Assembly: GCF_009914755.1 (NCBI RefSeq)
Contig: NC_060936.1
Origin: the human T2T-CHM13v2.0 reference genome, Homo sapiens
Direction: 5' to 3' (one strand)
DNA length: 64,000 bases
Of this stretch, positions 15,381 to 29,619 are shown piece by piece. The position numbers and the translations under genes are program-made. Below the pieces are notes generated by a model. The model did no database searches and was not told where the DNA came from. It saw only the letters and a list, made by a program, of their open reading frames with translations. The number at the start of each line of letters is the position of its first letter. Positions within the stretch are counted from its first letter, which is position 1.

Positions 15381-17059
15381 TGATCCACCACACCTCTGGA
15401 CCTTTACATAACAAAATACTCAATGACAAACATTTCAAAGAAAATGTGGGGCTCTGTTCATCTCTCCTATGCTGGAGAGAGGGATCCACAGGGAGAGGGA
15501 CATTTTTAATGATAGTTTAATCCCTGCTGCATGGACTGAACTTGGGGGTTTCATCAGTAAACACCTGTTCCCATTCAAATGTAACACACTGAGACAGAAA
15601 TCACTGGCACGCGAAGACACATGCTCACATCCTGGGAAGCCGGCTACGTGGTTGTATTTCCTAAGGGCAGTTATTCGAAAGTACTGTTGTTTTATTTTTA
15701 GTTTCCTTCAGAGTCTACCCCAGAGCACATCTCTTCACTGTCTCTCCCAGACACTCCTCTGCTTTTTCAAAAGGAGAAACACTGAACCTTCTCTCCTCCA
15801 CACTAAAAGGCCTTTGTCCGAAACCACACATGTCGATTTTAAACAGAAAATAATATTAAAGCACAGTGCTTCCTTTATGTGCCTCATGCAGCTTTCTGAG
15901 TTCCTGTGTCCCTAGATTTATGATGTGCTCCACACTTTCCACCTTCTCAGTGCTGTTTTCCCACATTTGAAGGAGAAATGATCAAGAGATTTGTGCTGGA
16001 GTAAATTTATTCTGTCTTGAGCTGGGTGAAGTTTCCAAACTCACCACAGCATGGAAAATATAAATGCTGTAAGCATCATGCCTCCTTCCTAGATGCTGCA
16101 GACAGGGAGACACCAGGCCCGGAGCAGAAATTAATGTTGTATTCTTGTGATGACTTGCTGCTCAGAGACATTTGGCTCCTCTGAATTGAGTGACAGAAAC
16201 CTGACCTGATTTCATCATCTAACACTTGGTTTCCCACTGGGGAGAAGAATCTCCTATGCCCTGTCCCCCCTATTTCAGCACTCTCTCTTTCCTTAAGGAT
16301 GAGAGAACTATGACTTTGGGTGGCTGAACACTGAGCTGGAGAATTGTTCCTGATCTTAGGAGAGAACACTAGAGTCAACAGCAGAAGAGTATGTAAGGTG
16401 AAGTTTATTTTCACCTTTCAAGAAAGTAAACCATTGACTTCCAGTCATAATTCTGAAGGCGTATGTCCTTCTACTGAAGAACATGAAGCTTAGGCTCAGG
16501 GAGCAGAAGCTCAGAAATAGTAGCTTGCTGCATGGGATTTCCTCCCAGTTGTGTCGGGACACCTCAGCCTTGGTTCCTGTTTCCTTCTGTATGTGATATA
16601 ACTGTCCACCTGCTCCTGTCATGCCAGGAGTCCCCTTATCCAGTGGAGCTGGCCCCTCAGGGACCAGAGAAGGTCTGTCACAGGGTTGGATGGGGCATTA
16701 TTAGTGGATGAATCAACCTTCATCACAGTGGGTGAGGGTAACAGCCACCTCCTCCTTGATGGTCGGAGCCAGACAACCTCCACCATAAAGCATCTTGAAT
16801 ATATGCATTCGGCTCGGTAAGATGGTCTCAGTTTCTAAGTCCTTCATGCTTTGCTGCTTTCCTTCTCACCCCTCTTTTATTACAAACAAATCACCCATTC
16901 TATAGTTTCTTCTAGTGTCCTAACAGGAATGACAGCAGGGAGAGGGTAGCCCGGAGCCTGCCTTTTTGGGATCTGCTGCGTGAGACTGAGAATACTTTTC
17001 ATCAGCAAGCGGAGGCCTTTTGTTGCCTCTGTGACCTGGGCCCTGCTTCTCCCTGCCAC

Positions 17060-17510
17060 ACTCTTATCTCCAGTCAGCCTGGCTTCCTTGCTATTTCTGG
17101 GCCCCCTGCACACTCTTCCCACCTCAGCATCTTTGCTCTGGCCATTCCCACTGCAGAGAATGCTCTTGCCTCAGATGTCTGGTTGGCTAATATCCTCACC
17201 CTCTTTAAGTCTTTGATCACTTTCTCAATGAGGCCTACTGGGAGCATCCTATTTAATCCAGCAACAAATCTGCCCTGTCCTCCCCACTTCCAATCCCCTT
17301 GCCCCACTCTGGGTCTTTGTTCCATAACACTTACCCCTTCTAACTGCCACGGCACCTACTCATTTATTGTGCTTAACACATGTTTATGATGTTTCCTCCC
17401 ATTAGATCAAAAGCTCATGGAGGCAGGGATCTTTCTCTGGTTTGCTTAGTGATGCATCCCAAGTTCCTAGAACAGTGGCTGGCACAGTCACTCAAAATAT
17501 TTGTAGGAAC
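17060..17510 (+). mobile_element. L2 3' end remnant
   Basis: AAGCTCATGGAGGCAGGGA...CCTAGAACAGTGGCTGGCACA...CTCAAAATATTTGT. Confidence 0.65.
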
Positions 17511-19769
17511 TCAAACTCTTTGAATGAAAGACGATTACGGTCAGTCAGAGCTTACCAGTGTGCCATAAGCCTCTGATGGGCCACAAATGGGTAACAGATG
17601 TGCTGAGATATTGACACCCTCAGCTCTTGAGGTGTCTGGCCAGGGTCTGGGGAAACTGAACGCCTTGAAAATTATGTCCTGCTGCGAGTAGCCTTCTATA
17701 TTTACTCCAATATACTTCATAATATTGCCATTTTCTAGGTGTTTCAGGACATTAAAAGGTTTGGGAAGCACTTCTCTACAGCTAAGCTGTGTCCTGGCAT
17801 GGAGTATATAGTGCACTTTTTACTCTGTTAGGTGGAATGCCTGTGTTGCTTTTTGGAAGTGCTCATATATCTTAATATTAGTATTTCCCAATTTCAATCA
17901 AGCATTAGTTCAGTGACAATTTCTGTTGTTCGTCAATGAAATGTTCTTTTTAAACATATGATTTTATGCCATGAGTTACATATTTTAAAACATCAAGAAT
18001 CTATGTTAAATGAATCAAAGAATTAGTAAATTTGTATCAAGAGAGTGAATAAAAGTCACATTTAAAACATTGAAATTATCGATGGTGATTGTGGAGGTGG
18101 TGGTGATGAAGTCTGGAGGCCTGAAAGATGGTGCCAATGGATTTTGTCCTAAATTCTTATGCCTGGTTGCTCTAAAATGACAGTTCCTTTAAGAGGAAGG
18201 AAGGGGAGGAGAGACGATGGGAAGGCTTTCCCTAGAAAGACCTCAAGGTCTGGGGATCTGCTTCCCCTGCCTTTTTTTTCTTTTAACCACAACAAAAACT
18301 CTTAGCATCACCTTTAGGCTAATCCTAAGTATAATAAGAAAGGTCATGACGCTAGATTTCTTACAAAATATCACTGCAGGGCATATGTAAGATCTTGGCT
18401 GCTTGGTGAGTGGGTATTAAACCAGAGCTATCAAGGACTGAGAGGCAATGAGTCAGAGATTGAGAATCAAGACTAGAAGAGCCAGGGGAAGCCTGGGAGG
18501 AAAGCTCAGGGCCAGACAAGGCACTTGGCTGGATTTGGAAGTGCCCAGAATTTGGCAAGCATGATAGAACTTGGAGCCAGGACTTAGGCAGAAGCCAGGA
18601 AACTCTGGGTTCACGAGGTGAAGGCTAAATGGAGTGGGGAGAGAGGGTCAGGAACAAGACAGCAGGAACCAGCAGCAGGGATGTCTTGAAACCAAGACAA
18701 GTACCTCAGCCAAGAAGCCTCATATGTGCCTCTTGCCAAGGCAAAATGCAGCACCTGAAACAGTGTGCCAGGGCCTGCAGGTGGGAACAGGGTAAAGAGG
18801 CTGACATGGCTTAATGACCAGGGTGGAGCTAGAGCCAAGAGAAGGTTCTGGCAGCCAGCCTCCCTCTCTGGGAAGGTGATTACTTCCTTCCCCTCTTTCT
18901 AGATCCTATGCAGCACTTTTGACCTAGAAACTCTGGAGCAAACAGACCAGGATGCCAAACATGAAGATATATGATTTCTGAGGTCCCTTCAGCAGTGGGA
19001 TCATGGGCAGAGGAGCCACTGCCTGTTAGCTTTGAGGACTCAGGGAAAGGCTGATAATGTCTGAATAGGGAGAGTTCAAGAGAGGGCACACCCAGGATCT
19101 GACCGTCATACCATGGGCTTCAGTATTATATATGCAATTTAAAAAATCAGTGCCCATTAATTAATCTAATGAAAATGGTTTCTACTTCCATGTACTCAAC
19201 TCTTTTTATTGAGTACCTACTATGTGCCACACCCCTGCTGCTCCCTAGCAGCATTAACCTGACTCTCCTGGCCAACCGTGGGTATTTTTTATTCTGTCAT
19301 TGACCTCCCTTCTCCCTCCAGCTGATACTTTCCTCTATGAATGCAGTTTGCTATAACTTTATTTATATTCCTTTTACCTGCTGCAGATTTTTGCAGGTGT
19401 CTGCATTTCTTGACCATTCTGTAGGCATTTAGAAGATGACTATTTGGCTTCTGAACGTTCTTCTGCTATTACATATTCCAAAGCTGTACAGAAAGTGTAT
19501 TCACAAGGAAGATGGAAAGCCAAGAGGAAAACAGTTGCAATGCAGCCTATGCCCTGTGCTCTAGCCTCAAACTCACCAGGACTTGGTGTTCTAGGACCTG
19601 TGAGCCATTAGAGGACAGACTACTTGGGTAATGTGGTTGAACACAGGGAACAGATGGGTTGGATGGAGTAGGTCTAATTTAGGAAAGGATGGATGGAGAG
19701 AAAGGATAGATAATAAAGATGATGATAATACTGCTCATTTATAATCCATATAGTCACTATAGCACACTC

Positions 19770-20430
19770 ATAGAGAAGAACACAGACTTTGAAGCCAGGG
19801 AGATGTAAGTTCCAATGCTAGAGGTGACAGTCACTATTTGTGTAATCCTGACTAGGTCGTTTAACTTTTTGGGTATCTGTTTTCTCATTTTTGATATAAA
19901 TATAAACATACCTACCTCTTAGGGAGGGTTGTTTTGAAGATTAAATAACAAGATCATAGATTTAAAGTGCCAAAAGGGTGAATTCAGTGGTTGTGACATA
20001 AAATGGGTGGTTAATAAATGGTGGGTAATGATAAGAAAAGCCACTGGCTATTGAGGATTTGTGATGTTCTTGACTCTGTAGCTGGCACAGTAATATTTTC
20101 TTATTACCTGTCACCTATGAGGTAAGAATTATGCCATTTGAGAACTGAGGATCCTGAGACTTGGGGAAATTAAATAAGTTATTCAGGTTTACATAATTAA
20201 TGAGAGAGCCAGTCCAGGTAAGTAAGAATGGGAGAAGCAAATGAACACTTACTGAATGCTTAATGTGTACCAGGCACTGTACCAGGTGCATTACAAGCAT
20301 GAACTCATGAAATCATCATAACAATCCTAAGAGTTGGGTGTTACTGTCTCATTGTACATGAGGAAACTGCTTTTCACAAGGTCTACCAGTAGAGAGTTGG
20401 ATTCCAGCCTAGATCTGGCTATCTCCAAAG
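19770..20430. mobile_element. cluster of MIR remnants in both orientations
   Basis: MIR cores at about 19780-20030, 20100-20230 and 20240-20430 (TACTGAATGCTTAATGTGTACCAGGCACTG...ATGAGGAAACTG). Confidence 0.6.
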
Positions 20431-21344
20431 CTTATGATCATCTTGAAAAGAGAGAGGCAAGATAGGCCTCTGGTTTTTCCCACTATGAGATAAAGTTTGG
20501 GTCTTTAGAATTGAAAAAGAAAAAAGCTGATTTCAGGAATAAGGAAAAGATTTTGACCTTTGGGACTTGTGACTATTTGAGAACCATATCTCCTCTGATG
20601 GTTTGCTTTGTTTCCATTCTTAGTCACCCCAGCTCTACTCTGGTAAACATAGGAGCTATCTGGTCTTGTGCTTGGAGTATTAAACTTTATGGGCACTCCG
20701 GCAGCCTGGTCACTTGGAGAATCAGTGTCCCTGGCTGCTTGTTGTGTGGTAGAGGCTAATGTCTCAAACCAGTCAGGGCAGATGCTCTCTGTACCTAGAC
20801 ATATGACCAAGCTTTAGGAATGACAAAGGAAACTCCTTATTTAATCATCAGAAACCACGAATATTGCTTTTTAGAAAAAAAAAAACTAAATAAAAAGTAA
20901 AGAGAGGGGAAGTCAGGTCAGTGCAGGCCACTTGGTCTGGCAAGCTGTCCATTTAGCTCACCCTCTTCCCAGGATGGCTCAATCCTGACTCAGAATCTTT
21001 GGCGGAGTGACTAGCCATAGTAGATATGACTACTAAGGAGAGAAGGAAGAGAAAGCAAAGTATTCTTCATCAAGTGTACTGTGACAGAAAGCAGGACAGC
21101 GAGGAAGGCAGAGAAGAAACAAGTCCTGTAGAAGGTCTCCGTCTAATTTATGTACCTCACAACGACAGGAGTGGGGTCACTGGTCACTGGTATACTCAGA
21201 GGAGGAGGTGTCACACACCAGCCCTGTGCTGAAGGCTTCATTTTCATCTATTCAACACTCAGTAAATGGTGGCTCTGTACTTACTATTTGTAGGGTAGGA
21301 TACAGCAGTGAGTAATTCCCATATGGAATTCTTTTTTGTTGTTT

Positions 21345-21455
21345 ACTTTGTTTTCTTCAAGAGACAGGATCTTACTATGTTGCCTAGGCTGGTCTTGAAC
21401 TCCTAGCCTCCTGAGTAGCTGGGACTGTGGGCACCAGCCACCTGTACCTGGCCTG
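21345..21455 (-). mobile_element. Alu monomer fragment (FLAM/AluJ-like)
   Basis: GAGACAGGATCTTACTATGTTGCCTAGGCTGGTCTTGAACTCC...GTAGCTGGGACT. Confidence 0.75.
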
Positions 21456-22647
21456 GGGCTTACATTGTAAAGAATATGGGAGAAAGTGTACAGACAATTA
21501 ACCAAACTATATATGTAAATAATGTAACAGAATATTTTAGAAGAGGGTAAGTTTCATGGAGAAATACCAATACAATCACTCTGAGAGGGAGGTATTCTTA
21601 TTAAATTAATTAATTGGGCCACACAGTTGAGTGGTAGAGCTTCAACTATAAATCATGTCTTTTTGAATGAAGCTCCTTCTCTTCTTTTCTGCCCTCTGCC
21701 TTAGCTAGATGTTGAAACAAGGAAAGATTGGAAAGGGCAAGGCAGTCTCTAATTTTGTAGCCTTTTGTAATTGCCTGGAGGCAGTTACAGAATACTTTGG
21801 CATATGGCAGTAGAGAATTTATGTGGACTATATGTTTCGGTAAAGAAATGATCTTTCCTCTGCTAGCAGCAGAGTTGTTTTTGAGGTCAGCACTTCAGCC
21901 CTAGAGCTGAAGATGAGCTTGAATGAAAATCCAAAAATTCTCCTTAAGAAGACAATTTGTATTTCCATTGAGTGCAAACCCACCAGCGAGCTTGCATGCA
22001 GTTCTGAACTTTGTCGTTGACAAGCATTGATACTAATCAGTGGCCTCTTTCCAGCATTGTGGGAATCATTTGATCTTTTATTAAAGAAAATTCTTCCAAA
22101 AATATTAATTTAAAAATTAATGTCAACACTCTCTGACATTCCACCTCTGAATGCTGAAGAAGAAAAAAGTTTTAGAGTTTTTTAATAATCTTGGTAAATA
22201 TTATTTGAACTTTACTTCAAGCCAAAACAAGTTTCATGGGGAAAAAAATCCTTTCTTCAGCCACGGGCAATAAATTTGGCCAGGAGGATCTGGAAGGAAG
22301 AAACTGAACAAGCTAAATACTAAGTGGGCATTCATAGCCATGAACACCATGATTTTTAGAGACATTGATGCTGCTCCCCTAAAATAAAAAATTGTTTTCA
22401 AGAAAATCCTCAGTCTTACCCATTGGCTCTTTATCTTCTGAGTGGAGATGTGGATATATCACATGGGCTTCTTCTTTTTTATTTTTATTTTTTAAAATAA
22501 CCAGTGGTTAATTAAAAAGCCACTGCCTGGACACATTGTCCAGTGTTCCTCGTGTTTGGTGGAAAGAAGAAAGAAATGGAAGGCTAATGATTTGTTCAAA
22601 ATCCAAACCTCTCTCCCAAGATCAAGGCATTTAAAGGATTAAGGAGG

Positions 22648-22686
<39 letters not shown>

Positions 22687-22711
22687 TGCGCGCGCATGTG
22701 CGTGTGCATGT
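22648..22711. repeat. (TG)n/(CG)n alternating purine-pyrimidine tract
   Basis: 64 bp of unbroken RY alternation. Confidence 0.95.
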
Positions 22712-24652
22712 CTGTTGTGTTTGTAGCAGCTGGTGTATTAGCTAAGCTTTACCTCCTTTTCCATAAATGGAACTTTTGCCTTTCATCTCTTTTCAGTGTT
22801 GCTTACCAGGAAGATATATGAAGGGCTTGAAGCAGGAGAAAGGATTCCAAAGGGTACTTCACTCTTCTATACCAAGGAGAGTGTGTTTATTGTCTCTTAT
22901 TTAGTAATTGCTTCAGTTGGTGGAGGAAAAGGGAAGACAGACAAACAAAAACAAAGAAGAGGAAAGAAGAAAGTGGAAGGATGAAGGGGAAAGTGGTAGG
23001 AGTTCATAAAGGGCTCTGAATTGTCTCAGAAGCAGAGAAGAATGAAAACGGCCTAAAGAACTGGATAGTAATTCTTTCAACCCCAGGCTCCGAATACACT
23101 AGGCTCAAAAAAATTAGGTACAGATGGTGAAATGAAGTTAGCTCAGTGGCATTATTTGGTGAAGAAGAAAACAAACAGTTCTTTTTTTCCCACGTGCTAG
23201 AAGTTAGATCTATTTACAATAAAGCATGGAATGAGAAGTCATATAACCTGGACTTCAGTCTGACTCTGCTGCTCACCAGCTAGGTGACCTTGGCCAAGCC
23301 ACTTGAAGTCCTTCAGCCACAACATGCTGGCAGCAGTATTACTCCTCATTCCTAAGTCATAGGATTGCCTTGGAGATCAAATGAAATAATGTATTATATA
23401 TTTGTGCTTTCATTCAATAAGCATTTGTTGAGCACCTACTATAAACAAATGGACACATTCGTGCCTCATGAAGCTTACATTCTAGGTATATTCTTAAATA
23501 TATTTCAGTATATATTATAATATTTGAAACACATGTATATATACACGATACAGTGTTTTTATAATACACAGAAACATATTTTACTTTATTCTGTAAAGAT
23601 GATGATTATGCTACTCTCTCTTATGGTAGAATTTAATAAAAGCATCTTCGTGTGGGTCCCATTCTACACATACTTGGGTGTGGATGTGTGAATTGAAGTC
23701 TAACTGAGCAGCGCTTGTGGACTGTTGGCATGCCACCTCCACAGCACTCGGCTGAATCTAGCTTATCTCTCTTCATTTAGGTTTCTCAATAGATAACTGG
23801 TGCTGCCAGAAAAAGAACACCTTGAAAAGAAGAGTGGGAATATCTGTAGGTAACTCAAACAGAAGATACCAATTGCTTTGGTTAGCTTAAACAGGATGCT
23901 CGCACTCAGATAGGCTCATGGTTCTGAGGCTTGCTGAGTGAGGTGCTGTAAACTGCTTTTCTTTAGCTGAGACAATACAATATTGTCAAATGGAAAACAA
24001 GTTTGTAAATTACTTTTATTTTATAGAAAGAATAATGAGAGCTCATTCTCAAAGGCAAGAAAGTCACTGCTACAATTGTTGATATCTGAATAAAATGTAC
24101 TCAGAATTTGCCCTTGCTTGAAAATTGCAGGGTTCCTGGAAAAGGATCAAGATTCTCTTTTAGCTTTCTTGCCCTTCCCCATCCTTTCCTATTCCAGTTT
24201 TGTTCAGACAGTTTCCCACAAGACAGCGGGTAGCCAAGGTCGGGGGCAGTGGAAGTTCATCTGGATGGGGTGTGTGTGCTGCAATTCCATCTCCTGAAGG
24301 GAGGATAAATTGCAGCCAAGCAGCAACTCAGGAACTGCACACATACCAAAGAACCCTGCCTCCAGAATAGTGACCCTGGACCCCAACTGGTCCCAGCTGT
24401 TGAGAGGGATGAGGTGGAGGCTGGGAGAGATGATGCTGTTAGAGATGGAGATTTGTCAAATGGAAAACAAGTCTGTGAATTACTTTTACTTCTAGTTCAC
24501 AGAAAGGAGGATGGCAGCTCAAATTAAATATCCTAGAAAAGTGATTGCCAAGAGATATGTTCTTACAATTATCCTTTTGCCATGGTCTACTCCTGGAAGC
24601 TGTGGTGTGGCTCCCATGGCACTTGTTGCATGACCTTGTGAGTTTGTTCTTT

Positions 24653-25000
24653 GTCTTACTCTATTCAGGCTGCTATAAAAAACTACCATAGAGCAAGTGG
24701 GTTATAAACAACAGACATATATTTCTCACCATTCTGGAAGCTGGAAAGTCCAAGGTCAAAGTGCTGACAAATTTGGTGTCTGGTGGGGGCCTGCTTACTG
24801 ATCCATAGTTGGCCGTCTTCTCACTGTGTCCTCACATGGTGGAAGAGATGAGGAAGCTCTCTGGGGTCTCTTTTATTTGGACATTCATCCTATTGATGAG
24901 GGCTCCACTCTCATGACTTAATAACCTCCTACAAGTCCCACCTCCTAACACCATCACACAGGGATAAGGATTCCAACATACGAATTTTTTGAGAACATGG
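24653..25000 (-). mobile_element. MaLR LTR (MLT1A-like)
   Basis: TGTCTTA...CAGGCTGCTATAA..AACTACCATAGA...GATTCCAACATACGAATTTT. Confidence 0.75.
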
Positions 25001-25179
25001 TTGAAACATGGTGCTTCCTGAATGCAGTTTTTTACCCAACCAATTTCTACTACCCTATCTCTCCATGAACACCAAAGAGAGAAAATCGACATATGATATT
25101 GCAGGAATGAAATGAATAGAACGAACGTAGCATTTATTTTATTTTATTCTGTTTAATCTCTGCATCACTACTATTGTGA

Positions 25180-25400
25180 TAATAATCTAGATCACTTACT
25201 GATCACTCACTATGTGCTAGGAATTATTTAGTTAATTGTTTTACCTGCATGATTTTAATCAGTCCCCCCAACAACCCGGTGAGTTAGGTTTGAGTATCAT
25301 TCCCATTTACAATTGAGGAAACAAGCTTAAAGAGTTGAGTAACTGAATCATCCAGCTAGTGAGTGTCAAAGCCAAGACTTGAAACCCTGACTTATCTTCA
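25180..25400 (-). mobile_element. MIR
   Basis: CCCATTTACAATTGAGGAAACAAGCTTAAAGAG core. Confidence 0.6.
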
Positions 25401-27999
25401 TCCCTCATCCTTCAGCCTTCAGCCATTCTGCCTTGCCTTTAATATTCTCTTTGTTCTGGTACCACATCACTCTTCTTTCTTTTCTTCTTTCCTCCTCACT
25501 CCCTACCTTCAGTCCTTCACCCATTATAGAAACCAAATGGTAACATTCAATTAAAAACAGCCACTCAAAAGGAAAGCTAAGAATGTTATACACAGAGCAT
25601 TAATTTTTTCTCAGTCTTTTATGTTTGGAAACATATGTGTCGGTTTTATGATGGCTGGAGGGCAGAGCCAGTCCTTTCCCTTTGGTAGATACACCAAACC
25701 TACTGTAGGTTTAAGTGATAATAATATTTCTTAGACGTCCTCAAAGAAGTTTCCAGGGATGGCAGAGCACTTGCATTTTATAAGACAGCTGGTTTCTAAT
25801 GGCTTGGCCCTTGCCAAGAACAGCACTGTACAATAACTACAGGCCATTGGTGATCTTGGTAACCAAGGTGACAGGGCTTCTCATTGTCCCCCAAAGAGAA
25901 AGAGAATATCTGAAGATGTACATGAACATGAATTTTCAAATGCTTAAATGAAGTAAAAAAGAGGTAAGTGATCTTTACAGAAAAGTTTGCAAAAGTGAAA
26001 AGAGCACATGTGAATATCTCTGAAAGAAAGGAATAAAGTACCCCAAAGAACTCCAGGCTTATTATGAATAGTGTCTTGAGAGTTGTTTAAAGCAGCGGTT
26101 CCATTGAGTTGGAGTGCTTCAGCTTGTTCCACTGGGACTGGGGTGGTCTGAGAAAGGAAAGGGCATCCAGGTTTCAAAGTTGGATGGGATGTAAAGAGCA
26201 TGGCTCCAGTTGAGGGAACAGGCAAAAACAACATAGGTTTATAATGCGCTAATCCTCCACATAGACCCTACCCAGATGCCAGGCCTGAGTTAAATTAGGA
26301 CAGAAAATTTTGGTCTGCTCAGTTCATTGCCATCCATCTATGTGAGGCATTTAAAGTATATGACTGGCAGATGGGTTGGGACTATTACTAAGTTTTTTGG
26401 TGAATATATAAAATCTATTAATAAAATACTAATACTTAATATTTTTGCCAGCAATTCACATATCATCCATTAAACTAGAGTTGAGACCTGGTGTTAGACC
26501 CTTTCTCAGCCCTTTCCTCACAGGCTCAGCCAGAGGTCTCTCCCATCATACACTGTGGCCTCCGGGCTCTGCCCCTTCTGCTGGCTCCTTGCTTTTGCCA
26601 CCCTCTGTTTTGGATTCTTATCTTGATTTCCATTTTGGTGTTGATGCTTTGGAGTTTCTCTTGCTTTCTGGGCCATTGTCACCTGAAGAAAAAAATTCAG
26701 TTACTATTTTCTTTGTGCTTCACATCCAAGGTCAATCCAGCCTGCTCCTGAGATCAGACAAAGTTCCTTAGATCTAAACCTAGGACAGACCTGGCCTCTT
26801 GCCCCTACTTGAATAGGGGAAGAAGCCCCATGATTATGCACACTTAAACAGTCTGTATGAAAGTCCAATGTACCTGTATATACCCAATTTATATCTGTAT
26901 ATCCTTACCTACAAATTCCGAGTGGGCAAGAATTCTCTTACTCCCTAAAATCACAGGTAGGGTTCTCTTTTCCTTTTTCTCCTTCATTCTCCTTTTTCAT
27001 CCACATCCCCTTGCAAATGTTATCACCCTAGAAATCCTCTGAGGGGATGCCTGGTATTGTGCCAAGATGATGTCTTGGTGTTTGGAAAGAGAAAAAAAGT
27101 GTGAGAAACAGTTTCTCCCAAGCCTGTCTGACCACATGGGCATGTAACACTTGACTCTGTATAAAAGCATCTGTTTATTAGAGACAAAGTGGAAGAAGAA
27201 TGAAGTTAGGGCAAAATGTCCATCTCCACTGACCTTCCACTCTTGGTCCTAATTCATTCTCTCCTGTACACAGCATTGGCCTTATCTGGAGGCTGAAGCC
27301 ATTCATGGTTGCAAGATGACTCTAACAGTTTCAGACAGTACATCCAGACATCACCACATCAGAGGCAGAAACGGAATCATATCTTCCACTGTCTTCTTTG
27401 TAAAAGCAAGAAATACTTGCCAAGTATCTCTCAGCAGGCCTTTCCTCAACTCTAATAGATCCAAAGCTAGTCATATGTCTGCCTCTAAAGTATTTGACCA
27501 CATGGGAAATAGACACCATGTCAGATGAGACCAGTCCCCGAGGCAGTGTGCACACTGCGGGAGTCAGCCATCAATGTTCACCATCCTGCTGCTTGTACAC
27601 TAGGCCTCCCCCTTGTCTTTCTCCATGGGACATGTAGAAGGAGGCCTGCAACATGAGGTTTGAGATAGGTTGCATTGCAACTATTTGCGTTTCCATCATT
27701 AATGGGGATAATGGCCTCAGAAAGTCACAGAGGACTTGTTTCAGAGTCTGGAAAGAAGGGGGCAGCTGTGAGATTTCCATTTTGTGGGGAAGGAAAGTGA
27801 CATTTACCGAGTCCCTCTACTGAGCGCTGATGATCCCTCTTCCCCAGACCTTCGTCCTAGAGTCAAGGTGCAGTAGCTGAGCCTCCTGGATGCAGTGAGA
27901 CATAGAAGGCCCAGGACGACACCACCAGAAAGGAGACCACCCGCTTCCCACGAAGGAGAAGGTCCTGTAGACTTGCCTTTCTCCTCTTTCTTCTGTGAA

Positions 28000-28295
28000 T
28001 TCCTCCTTTATTCTACAGATCTTGACTCAAACTCTAATTCTTCAGGAAAGCCTTCTTTGACACCCCTGCCCCACCCTGCAAGATTAGGTTAGACTCACTT
28101 TCTATAAGCTCTCACTGCACCTTGAACTTTGTCTTCCTGTTATTTATTATGCTATGCCACCATAAATATTTACACAATTATTTGATTAATATTTGTCTTT
28201 CTGGCTAGACCATAAGTTCTGTTAGGGTCCCATCTCATGGCTGTGTGCCCCTACATCCTAAACAGTCAATACATGTTTTTGAATGAATGAATAAA
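28000..28295 (+). mobile_element. L2 3' end remnant
   Basis: TCAGGAAGCCTTCTTTGAC...CTAGAC..TAAG...TTGAATGAATGAAT. Confidence 0.6.
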
Positions 28296-28775
28296 AGGAT
28301 CATTTATGTTTACTTTGAGCACTCTTATTCTCTCAAACGCAGCCTTCTCAATGGTTTCCTTTCCATGCTAGAGGCTGATTAGTCTCCATCCTACAGGCAT
28401 GTCAACCAGATAATGTTTTCCCACGACTTAGTGTTGAAGGACTTTTCTAACTTACTGAATCATCACTAGTAATAGTAGCCCACTTCAAATGTGACTTTCT
28501 TACTTAAGGACCCAGAAGATGCTAAAGGTTGTTGTCAAGAAGCCAGGAAGCATCTAGGCACTTCCTAATACACTCAATGGCTGACACATAGCAAGTGTTC
28601 AGAAAATGTTTACCCTCTTTCTCTCCTTTCATTTACCTTTGCCTTATTTTCTCATTCATTTCTCCTCCTCTCCCTCCATTTGTTTCCTCTATCAGTTTTC
28701 ATCTTTTCTCCTTTTGCTCCCTTGCCTTCCCTCTTACTGTGGCTCCTTGGCCTAGAAGATTCCTGAGGCCTCCGC

Positions 28776-29100
28776 CAGCACTGTTCAATATGGTAGCCAC
28801 GAGCCACATGTGGCTACTGAATGCTGGAAATGTGGCTAGTCCAGATTGAGATGTCCTGGAAGTGTGAGGTGGACACAAAGTTTCAAAAATTTAGTATGAA
28901 AAAAGAATGTAAAATAGCTCATTAATACATTTTATAATGATTGTGTGTTGAAATGGTAATATTTTAGATAAAGTGGATTAACCAATATATATTAAAATGA
29001 ATTTTGCCTGCTTCTGTTTAGTTTTTCAAAATGTGGCTACATTTTTTAAATGTAAAGTATTTTATATGTGGTTCATATTTTATTTCCATGGAAAGTGCTG
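28776..29100. mobile_element. MER33 (hAT-Charlie non-autonomous DNA transposon)
   Basis: Termini CAGCACTGT...AAGTGCTG, internal GTAGCCAC.AGCCACATGTGGCTACTGA, length about 325 bp. Confidence 0.8.
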
Positions 29101-29619
29101 ATCTAGACTGTGCACAGGTGGTTTTTTTGGTGGTAGGAGAATGATCTGTATATTTGAAAGGCAACAGGTTGCATTGCTCAGTTCTCAGCAAATGGTATAA
29201 ATTTACTTAACACCTTTTAGAGCTTATATGGGCACAGTGCTAGAGAAATATGCAACATTATTCTCCAAAATAGTGTTTCTCACTTTTATTTTTTGGGAGA
29301 TGCTAAATACATGTTCACTCTACTGTTTTCTCATTCTATATTTGGTGTATCTCCCCACCCCCAAAGAATTTGTTGAACTTTAGTAACTATAATGTGTACT
29401 AGGAGAGTAATAAAAATATTGCTTTCCCTAAACAGTATATCTTTTCCCACCACTGTGGGTTATCATACTGTTCACTCCTTGGGAATATTTCTTGTCAATT
29501 AAAACTAAAACCACAACTGGCCACAGCCAACAGTTAATGGCTTTTTCTAAGTTATGTATATATATACACACATTATATATATATGTATATATACATTATT
29601 CTTTGTAAAAATAAAAATA

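Noticed and set aside
15469-15915. 148-aa plus-strand ORF
   Set aside because: No recognisable homology or motif; treated as a chance ORF.
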